A stretch of 64,000 nt of DNA from Tubulanus polymorphus (taxonomy: Eukaryota; Animalia; Nemertea), in assembly GCF_964204645.1 (NCBI RefSeq), contig NC_134030.1, positions 20,668,210 through 20,732,209 on the forward strand. Reading direction: 5' to 3'. A program made the position numbers and the translations under genes. The notes under the pieces were generated by a model. The model saw only the letters and a program-made list of their open reading frames with translations, searched no databases and was not told the DNA's origin. Of the stretch, positions 27,600 to 38,028 are shown one piece after another (the stretch's first letter is position 1; every line of letters begins with the position of its first letter).

Positions 27600-27780
27600 G
27601 TTTCGAAATTTATGTATCATATTCCCCGGGATCAAGGTTTTCATCGAGATTAACCCCCAAATATTTGTATTCATCTATGTATTCGAAAATGTTGTTTTCA
27701 ATAGTAAAGACATGGCTTGATTTGACCACTTTTAAATTTCTTACGTGTAGAACTTCTGTTTCGGAGAATCGATCTCTAAG
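27600..27780 (-). mobile_element. LINE reverse-transcriptase fragment in the GY6 3'UTR intron
   Basis: IENNIFEYIDEYKYLGVNLDENL matches the YKYLG.(L)D..L motif of non-LTR RTs. Confidence 0.65.
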
Positions 27781-28241
27781 TAGATTACGTTCATTTTCAT
27801 CAAATGAATTGAAGCTCCACACATTTCTAACTAATGAAAATGTTTTATTCAAAGTCAATGAAATGTTTGGCCTGGGACAGGATTGGTAAAGACCGAACCT
27901 AGAACTAAGCGGTTGGTCTTCGAATTTCTGTATATGATCGATTTCTTTATAGGAACCCGATGATGCAAGTGCTGCTCAAACCAGGACTGCATTCTTCAGC
28001 TTCATTTATTGTAGCCTTCCGCAAAATAAAATGTTATAAACAAATAATTTGCGTTTTTATTTTTAATTAAACTTTCATTGCATATAGAATTTTCATATAA
28101 GAAGAGCATTTTGTGGCGCAGTCGTCTTTAAAGTAATTGAACCTCCGCAGATTTACTTCATAGTAACGCTGAAATTCGTACCAGCAGGGTGGCCAGTAAT
28201 AATTAACTTGCATGTTCCCTGACTATCCCCTGACATGCACT

Positions 28242-28301
28242 GTGTGCGTACGTGCGTGCGAAGGTGTGCGTGCGTGCGTGCGTGTGTGTGTGTGTGTGTG
28301 T
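28242..28301. repeat. (GTGC)n/(GT)n microsatellite
   Basis: gtgc repeats grading into a gt run. Confidence 0.9.
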
Positions 28302-30076
28302 CAAAACGGTTAGCTGTTCCTGTTTACTATTAGCAGTGTCGAGAATGAGGAAAAAATGAGTATGAAATTTTGATGATGCCAGAAATAACGAATATAGCGA
28401 CTCAATTGCAATCGTAAATCCAACTCATACAATCTACAACCAAGTTTTATTATGGTGTATTTGTTGTCGACAACTAATAGTTCATCCCGATATATTGACA
28501 ACAAAGAACAGTAAAGATGAGGAATAGTGATGCCGAATACAGTAGAAGCCGGCATCCAGAGAAAACATTTCTCTCCCGCGGTAATATCAAACCGGACCTC
28601 GGTAAAGTGTAATGCGCACTCGTCCCTCTGATTTAACAGTTTATCACCAGTACTGACAGCTGTAAGTGGCCTAACTCGAACATAGCACCGATGACTGGTT
28701 TTCCCGGATTCATATAATAGTTAATGAGAGGAAATTAGAATTACGGATATTTTGCAAAAGTTACTCTTCTACAGAATAAAGATATAGGCAACTTGAATCT
28801 GCTTTGAAGTATTGTCGACGCACGGCGATCATTAAGGCGTTCTTGAAGAAATCTTTCGATTCAACACTTCAAATCCTGGGAAAGCTTCTCAATCTGAAAG
28901 AAAACAGTAGACAAAGGTTCCCGGATCAGCCGCTGTTCCATCAGGTTTATTTTACGCAATTTTAACATGCAAACACATTTCAAAGGATGATGTATGATTG
29001 AGACTATATTTCCAAACTCCACCAGTTCCAAGGTTCCTCAAATCCTCTTCGAAAAATAATGTTCAATACAGAATGAAATAATTATCTATATGTGTGTCAT
29101 TTCATGTTTTTTTTTTTACTGCGTGACCTGATATTTGGGTTTTTCAGTACGCTGTTTACTGAAAAGGCTAACAAGATTAGTACCTTGTTTCTCTGCCGAG
29201 CCTAGCTATCCTGTACACTGCATTTTAAAAATCGTAATCAGGCTTATCATGACTGGCCCCGTAGCTATAGAAATGAACTGATTACAAATTTTATTGTGAT
29301 TTACGAAATGCCGATTAGGAGAAACAAGGTTGCGTCATTTTTCAGCCTGAAGTCACTCTCTGAGATGTGAAGGAATGAGTGTAAAAATACGATTCGACGC
29401 AACAGTCGCAAAGCAAGTGGATTTCCCCAACGGGTAAAATTTTTAAATCTGGAATTCGGATGTAACAAACCGTTAGTTTTACAGTAGAAAACATCGAGGA
29501 TGGACGAACGAACGGACGGATAGAGACGAGAATAAGCGAAGGTAAACTTTCTAATTACTTTTCTTTGATAATTGAGACAACAATTCATACGGCTATAAAT
29601 CAGCGCGGAACCATCCACAGTTAATATTCCGTTAGAATTTGATCTGAGCAAATTTATTTACAATTCTCTGGTATATAACTACTATCGGATCTATGGGACT
29701 GGTTGCCAGACCGTCAGACGATCAACTATCTCCAGTCCTAACGGCCACTGCCAGTTCTTAGTCCTTCAAGTGCGGCCTGTACCCGGCCCTCTCAGGCAAT
29801 CTGCTATCTTTCCCCGACTCCCTCTTAGAAAGTCTAAATGTCTGTGTTCTGCAATCTCCCAGACGATATGATGTCTGTACCCTGCATGCCGCATTTCAAG
29901 CGTGAATCTCATCAACCAATTAAAGAATCTCCGCGAAACATCTTGCATAGGACTGGCATGAAAATTAGATTCATAAGCACAATAGCAGAGACCCGGTCAT
30001 CGCTGCCCGGCAGTTGTATTCATTTCCCTTTATTCGTTCTTATATTCTATATTTCTAGTCTACCACAATATCCACG

Positions 30077-33000
30077 ATGATGTGGACAAGGAGGTCACCG
30101 ACAGTGACACTTTTGTTATGCGTTCTGTTATTCTGGGATGGGATGCTGAGACCGGTTCTGCCCTACGCTATCCAATCGCGACGAGGACGCGCCTATTTCA
30201 ATCACAGCAGCGATGACACAACCGCGAAAGACGACACAGCCAAGTCGTCGCCGGACAACGGTAAGTACGTAGATCATGCTGTTACAAATAACCTAGTCTA
30301 AACAAGTTGCTTGTCGCCTCTGAAAAAAGAACCGGTGACAAGCAATTTCGCTGATATGCAATATTTTTTTTCGATTGAGCATTTCAAGACATTCTAAACA
30401 ATCTTTGGTGCATTAGATTTCGAGGATATGTACGTCCATTCAGAAAACGATATTACGCAATCAAAGCCGTCAGTTATACGTAAGGTTATTTATTTGATGA
30501 GTTATTCTGATGATAAAAGGATGATAAGAAAAAAATATTTCGAAATTAAAATCCCTCTGAAATCGAAATTCGATCATATTTGAAACCGCCTGTCGAGAAT
30601 ATTTGATTCAAACTATATCTACAAACCCAACTGTGTTACAAAGGAAAGAATCTAAGCTGTACCACGTTTTAGTTGAGCACCCAAAAGGAAAACGTACGTA
30701 TGATGGGTCTTGTGTTAGATTGTTTAACCATCAATGAGCTTATAGTCCCAGAGCTTCATTCAAAACAAGAGTGTTGCATTAGCTGTTTGTATGTAGACGT
30801 ACTGCCTTGGCGGTTGTAAACAAGAACAACACTGGCCTCAATAGTCATTTGATTTACAGCATCCCCGTCTCCTAGGAGAATTTTAGAAAGTTTATTCAAC
30901 CACGAGTAAAAATACACTAAAAGCAATCAATTCAAAACCAGTATTCGTTGACGAAAACAACGTTCACTGAGTAATGTACGATTTTAGAGGTTCTAGCCGC
31001 GATTTGCAAGGGAACTTTTGTCATGCATTGTTGGGTAACTTTTCCCTTCATTGAAAACTTTTTGCCAGACGCGTTGTACCATTTTCCACCGGTTATTCGA
31101 TTTCGAAAACTTTTTAACATTCAAACGGTACCGCGCCTAATTTTCAGTTATTCGAAATTCATTTCTCAAATTTGCCACAATGCGACGTGAGAGCGATACA
31201 AAAAAGCCAGTTTTTGCCATACACGTACAAATTCGGGTACTCAAAAAAGCATTCCCAATAATAATTATCAACCCCCTGCAGGAACTGTGCGCACAAACAC
31301 TGTCTCTTTCAAGTGAAAATTAAGGGTTAAAAGATATATTTGCTCCAACGCCAAGTGAAGCGCGTCTATCCGCCATTCATAGCTTCAGCGCTATTTTCTA
31401 TTCGTATATTGCAGTTTAATATAGGTGTTTAATCTTGTCATTTACTGGATACAGTACCTCAGTCGTGACTGAGTTAAAATTTGTTCATCTTCGATGAGTT
31501 AACTCCGAGTCAAATCTAAATTCACAACTGTGGAACTGGTTCCCTGGTCTCAACGGAAAATGGTTTTAAAACCATCTTCTTTGCCTTTTTTTATAGCGGT
31601 TTTCTTCGATGAGGTAGTCAAAATTCGACTCTGCACCCACCCCGGCTACATTATTTTCTTTTTAATTTGAATTTTTATTTTCATTATAATTCAGATACAG
31701 TAACATACAATCTTTCACAATACATCAATTAAAAAAGGAAAGACAATAAATGATGTAATTAGGCCACACAAAGAAATACCCTAGTTTCTCAGGAACGTCA
31801 AATGTCGCCCGCGTCATGAAAATTCGTTTGGCATTAGTAAAAAAAAAGCTTCCCTCCCGCGTCTGTTCCATAAGTCTCAGCTTGAGCTTTTTATTTCAAC
31901 ATTTTTATCTAAAAAAAAGCAATAAAAATACAATTCGCCCGCCCTCGTCACTTCAGAAAAAAATCTGATGAGAAAGTAGGGTATTACTTTGTGTGGCCTC
32001 ATGTCAATGGCTGTACGGTGAAGGATACAGTACAAGCCTGAAGACTGTATCCCAGCAAGCTGGAGGTACTATGCCCTGATTTTGCTTACTATAATGTATA
32101 TTGGTATTCATTCATTTTTTGATAGTCAAGAACGACAATAGAAACTGGCCGAAGACCGATGGCGATAGAAACCTCATTAGTAATCCTCAACCGAACACTG
32201 GAAGGCTTGACAACCGAGTAACTGCCAATACAAGCACTGATCGTAATCTGTCGCGTGAAAGTCCAAGTATTATCGACGACAGCCGACCGAAACCAACTGG
32301 TAAGAATCAAACATTAGGTGAAGACAACCCGATACCCAATGCCGAAAGCGATTCAGCGTTTATTTTGCTCAAGAACAATATCGAACTGTCTGAAAACATC
32401 GACCCGTGGATGTCTAAGCAGTTCGGTGGTCATCTTGAACTGTTATCTTTAAACTGCAAGTCTATAAAGCTGACTAAACTAAAGAACGCGATCGGCGATA
32501 CGGATCAACCGGTAGAAATAAAACTCATCGGTCTAGCTGTTTCGTCAGTTGCGGCGGGATGTTCGATGACGGCTATCTTTATTGCGAACCGATTGATTGA
32601 CAGCGTAAAAAACAACAAGACTTCGAATTCGACGATGGAAAATCATGACTCTAGTTTAGATCCAGATGGTGATAAAAATGGTGTGAATTATCAGGGGAGT
32701 TTACCTACGCGTAATAACAATAGCAAAGTTGAATATCGAATTGATAGGTCTAATACAGGTAATGATATTGTACAGAGAAGTGAAAACAATACTGTCTTTA
32801 ATGATAACAAAATAAGTGGAGGTAGTAATAATGCCAATCCGAAAAACAACTCATTTTCTAAACTACAAAATTTCAAGGCTTTCAGCAATGAGTTGCCTTC
32901 GCGTAAGAACAATAGCAAAGTTAAATATCGAATTGATAGATCTAATACAGGTAATAATACTGTACTGAGAAGTGAAAACAATACTGTATTTAATGATAAC

Positions 33001-36000
33001 AATCCCAGTGGAGTTGGTAATAATGCCAATCCTAAAAACAACTCATTTTCTAAACTACAAAATTTCAAGACTTTCAGCAACGGGGTCAGAAAGAAGCTTG
33101 CTACCCATATTGAAACCAGAAATACGTTAGAAAACAGTAGGCCTATTACAGTAGTAAAAGGTTTGTCGATAAACAGTACTCGAGCCAGATCATCGGATAC
33201 GGTTATATCCTCAAATCGTTTCAACGTTTTTAAATATTCGAAAGTCAAAACGAACGATACTCTAGTCGAGTACGATACAAATTCTGACATAGCGTTGATA
33301 AAAACTCCCGAAGAACGTGTCTCTAAAATGTGTGACTCCAACGTGGAAAATAGATTACGAAATCTTTTCAGCACCAATGACCATTTGATTAAGCTGTATG
33401 ACTTGGTTTCGTCGCCTCTTTACTTATCTCTAGGCTGTCATAGGTTGGGCTCTAATTCTGTGGACTATTTATCTAAAGACCTGAATCACGCAAGCAAAAA
33501 TGAAAAACATAGTCCGGACTCGAACGGCCAGCATTACAATCTCAAAGATATTGCAGAAAATTATTTCTTGCATAACAAAACTGGCAAAAATCCTATCTTT
33601 TATTCAAATGATTTGAAGGAAGAAAAGCCAATATTTTCAAACGAAAAAGGCATTCTTATTATGGATTATATCGAACATCATCAATATTCGATGCCAAGTA
33701 ATGACGACTTAGGCCTAAGCAAAACCGATTCAAAGCCGAATGATTGGAATGAATTACTTTCTGCTGAGATTATGAAACCTACCTTGAAAAGAACGAAAAG
33801 AGATGTTTCTTCGGCCAAAAACATTTCGCAAAGATTCATCGTAAAAAAGAACTGCAAAATTCACGACGCAGTCGGGGTCGATCTTCATTTTCTAACTAGG
33901 GACGAATGTTTGGAAATCTGCTCGAACGAAGAAAGTTGTCGCTCGGTCGGGTTTGAGGCCGGCAACGTTACGTGTCATCTAAATGTTGCGCAGAGAAAAC
34001 ACGCGTCTTTCATCTGCGGCACCGACGCACAGCCCCTTTACTGGGATTACTACGAGAAACTGGTCGAAACGACCGGCGACGAATATTTCATCATTTCTAG
34101 CAGAAGTACCGGCGACGTTGTGGAAGTAACGGGCGATTCCGTCGCGATGCGCGGCTACACGGGCGACGAGGAACAGCTTTGGTCGTGGCGCGGAGATGCG
34201 CTAATTCCGTTGAAACGTCCTACCATGGCTTTAACGATAAAGACGTCCAGTTCAGCAGATGGCGAAGAAGGCGGACATTCAATTCACCTAAGCGTTTACG
34301 ACAATGATATAAAACAAAGTTGGTTTTACGAAGACGACACGATTTTCTCACAACACGAAAATCTCCACCTTCACGCTAACGGAGCCGATGTAATCGCTAA
34401 GAAAAGCGAGGAGACCGTTGACCAGATGTGGAGTTTAAGTTTAGGTACGCGCTTTTATTTCTCGATCATGAGCCGACTATCCGGAAAAGTGTTGGAAGTA
34501 TACGACGACGCTGATCGCGTAAAGCTATGGGATTACCACGGTGGCGACAACCAGTTTTGGTTTTGGGAGGGCGAGACGATCAGATCAAAAAAATACCCCG
34601 ACAAGGTTCTTAACTTGCATATGCGCAACTATAAAGACAATGGTTGGGGTAAAGTCCACATGCATCGATACAATGCCGGCGGTAATCAAAAATGGAAAAT
34701 TGACGGTGAAATGATTGTAAGCAATTACAGAGATCTCAAGCTAGACGTCGCCAATAGTGATATGGACAACGGTGCCGACGTGGGGGGAATCGATGGCGTA
34801 GGTCTCGATAAAAAGTGGACACTTATTTTCGACGTGTTCTATTTCATAATAAGTGGCCGCGACTCTGGGAAAGTTCTCGACGTCACTCGTGTAGATGCCG
34901 TGCAGCTTTGGACGTACCACGGCGGCGACCACCAACTCTGGTTCTGGGATAATGACGTGATCAGGTCAAAACTGTATCCTGGAATGGTACTTGATTTACA
35001 CATGGATAATTATAATGAAAATGGCTGGGGGAAAGTATACTTGCATCGTTATAACGAAGGCGACAACCAGAAATGGAGAGTCGACGGAGATCTTATCATT
35101 TCGGGATTTAAGGACTTAAGGTTGGATGTATATGAAGGAACTCATAACGGTGCTAAAGTTGGGGGTTACCACGACGACGGCAAGACAAGGCAGCAATGGA
35201 GTATCGGTGGGCCGTCTCGTAACTATTTCTTCATACTCAACAGAGGAACTGGTAAGGTGTTTGATGCGAGCGCCCCGGACACGATAATCCAATGGCACTA
35301 TCACTACGGAGAAAGTCAGCTCTGGTTTTGGGACAAAGATGTCATCAGGAATAAAAGGTACACGGATAAAGTTATCGATCTTCACAAGGGCTATTATCGC
35401 AGAGACTCATGGGGATGGATTTATTTACACAGATTCCACGGTGAATCTAATCAAAGATGGGTGTTTATCGATGGTCACTATTTAGTCTCGCAGTTTGAAG
35501 ATCTCAGCGCCGAGGTGTTGTACGGCGGACACTCGGATGGCCAGAGAATAGGCGGTCGAAAGTCGAGAACGCAAACGTGGAATCTTAACCCAGCGCACGA
35601 TGCGTTTGTTATCACAACTATGATGAACGGCAAAGTTTTAGACGCTGGTGACATCAGCGACGATCGCGTGTTCATTTACGACTACAACGGCGGCGACAAC
35701 CAACTGTGGTTTTGGGATGATATGTACAATCTGAGATCGAAGAAACATCCTGACAAAGTTCTTGACTTACATATGGGTTATTATGAGCGAGATAACTGGG
35801 GTAAAGTCTACCTGCATCGGTACAACGGCGGGGAGAACCAGAAATGGCAAATAAAAGACGACCTTATTATTTCGCGTTATAAAGATCTGAGATTAGATGT
35901 TAAAAACGGCCTTACTCATAACAGAGCCGCGGTCGGTGGTTATACCAACACCGGTAATCAAAACCAGATGTGGGGATTTAACTCGAAAGAAAGGATCTAT

Positions 36001-38028
36001 TTTACTATAATTAGTGTTGAAAGTGGCAAATTTGTAGACAATTATCCGGGAAATGATGTAAGGCAGTACTCTGATGAAGGAGGCAGTGACAATCAGCTGT
36101 GGTTCTGGGATAACAAATCGCTGAGATCAAAACATCAGCCAAAATATGTCGTAACGTTCAGCAAATACGAATTCGAATATGAAAATTTTGGTAGGTTGTA
36201 TCTGGAAGGATACAACGGCCGACAAACTCAGAAGTGGTACCACAATGGCGACAAAGAAATCGTATCGTTGTTCAAAGAAGCAAGAATGGACCTGAAAGGT
36301 CATAGCCATGAAAGTGGAACCACCATAGGCGCCTCTACGAGAACCGGCAACAAAAACCAACGATGGATTTTAGCTCTGCCTTCTTCTTTAGCAGTAACGA
36401 TATCTGAGACTTCAATAAGCACTGGGAATTCTGGGACTGCAACAAGCTGCGCGGATACAACCGAAAAGAATATATACAATGTCGTGCAATGGGTCCCTTT
36501 GGTATCCACTTTTTGGGATCTATTTTCATCGATTGGATATGCATCTGCTGGCTGTACGAGCGTGGCCAATGAACGCGGGATATCATTAGCGATCGGAGCT
36601 GCTATGGATGTAGCGATGGTTGCTACGGGTGGTGCCGCGTCTGGCGCGTTGGTCGCGCTTAAAACGGGCGTCAAAGCTGGAATCAAGTTAGGCGTTAGGC
36701 AAGGGTTGAAAGCGATGGCGACGTTCTCCAAACAAGCCATTAAAAGTTCGATCAAAACCCTAGTTAAGAAAGCAGCGCAGAAAGGGATCTTGAAGTCGCT
36801 AGTGACCGTGGTCAAGAAATCCGGTAAATTACTCGCGAAAGAAATGTTCGTCGATCCGGCGATGTTTTGGAAAAACATCGGCAAAATGAGCAAAACCGTG
36901 CTTTTACATCCGAGAAGAACGATGAAACTGGCGATAGAATCGGCGAAGACCGGCCTCGAAAATCTTAAGCGACTGAAAAACAGATTGAAACAAGCGAGGC
37001 GTTCATTCAACGAGGGTGCAGATAGCGGGCTGTCTGGTAAACGTTTGTTGGAAGGCGGCGACGACGGCTTTCGACCGAAACGATTACCGAACAACGGCGA
37101 CGAAGCAGTTTCTATCGACGATAGTGTAAAGAACGTCGACGACGCAAATATCAGATGTAAGCGGTCCTTCCCAATGTGTTCAACAAACAAAAAAGTCGTT
37201 AAGAATACGGATGGAGCTGTTCCGGATGATGCGGTTAACATAGTAGCTGTACAACGACTCGGCAACACACTTGAAAATACTCTTGAACACCCGCTCAGTA
37301 AACAGCAGTTGTTGAGCTTTGCCGATGATTTCTTTAAGCAAAACAAACGTTTTTATGATGATTATCTGAAAGAGAAGTATCCTGACAGACTGAAGCGATG
37401 GTTCATCAAGTTTAAAAAAATGCTTTCGACCAACAACAAGAAAATCAATCATGCAGAACTCTATGCCGTCTATCAATATACAGAATCATCGTTTTATACT
37501 AACCCTATACTGGCAGCTACAAAAAAGCCACAACTTCTTGACGAATTGCTAGTCAATCGACGCATTCAATCCAGTCGTCTTAATCAACACATAGACCTGG
37601 TTCGAAACCAGGCACCGTTAATTCAGAGTTTTTTACAAAGACACGCAATCACTGAACCGACTACTGTAAAAAGGTTTGTAAAACAACTTCACGACGCAAT
37701 GCACGAAGGTTCAACGTTTAAAACCTATAACTTCTTATCGTGTACTGAGGGCGAGAGGTTTAATAGTGAAATCGACTTCGCAAATTTGCGCAAATATCCC
37801 TTTGAAATAGAAATAGATCTTAAAAAATCAGGTGCCAGAATATACGATATATCAAAGTATCCCGGACAGAAAGAGATATTGATACCTTACGGCGTCGAAT
37901 TCCGAATCGATAAGGTTCAAACGAAGAAGGTCCCCTTCGAAAATGGCGAGGTCGACGTTACATTCATAAAGATGACTGAAATAACTGAGAAAACGCGGCG
38001 TAGAAGAATGATAAGGCGATTAGGTTAA
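30077..38028 (+). CDS. Secreted multidomain AB-toxin-like protein: PAN/apple + 6x ricin-B lectin + hydrophobic translocation-like region + C-terminal R-S-E ADP-ribosyltransferase (~2028 aa)
   Basis: CDS join(30077..30260,32126..38028). The signal-peptide exon (MMWTRRSPTVTLLLCVLLFWDG...) ends in a phase-1 g|gtaagt donor, and the ttttttgatag acceptor at 32125 restores the 1975-aa ORF frame. Landmarks: KRTKR 33787-33801; Cys-rich PAN-like domain ~33835-34059; six ~128-aa QxW beta-trefoil units 34081-36378; hydrophobic helices ~36470-36700; RCKRSFPMC 37153-37179; ART motifs AVYQYT...TNPIL, R at 37672, FLSCT 37732-37746 and YPGQKEILIP 37858-37887. Confidence 0.88.
31761..31999. mobile_element. MITE with AGGCCACACAAAG termini in the intron of the toxin-like gene
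   Basis: aggccacacaaagaaataccct ... agggtattactttgtgtggcct inverted termini. Confidence 0.7.

Noticed and set aside
32101-32125. TTG start of the 1975-aa ORF suggesting a bacterial contaminant gene
   Set aside because: This stretch is a polypyrimidine tract plus AG acceptor. An in-phase upstream signal exon exists and the flanks are animal genes and repeats.
36300-37346. 348-aa and other antisense ORFs within the toxin-like gene
   Set aside because: No recognisable motifs; best explained as antisense shadows of a long coding exon.
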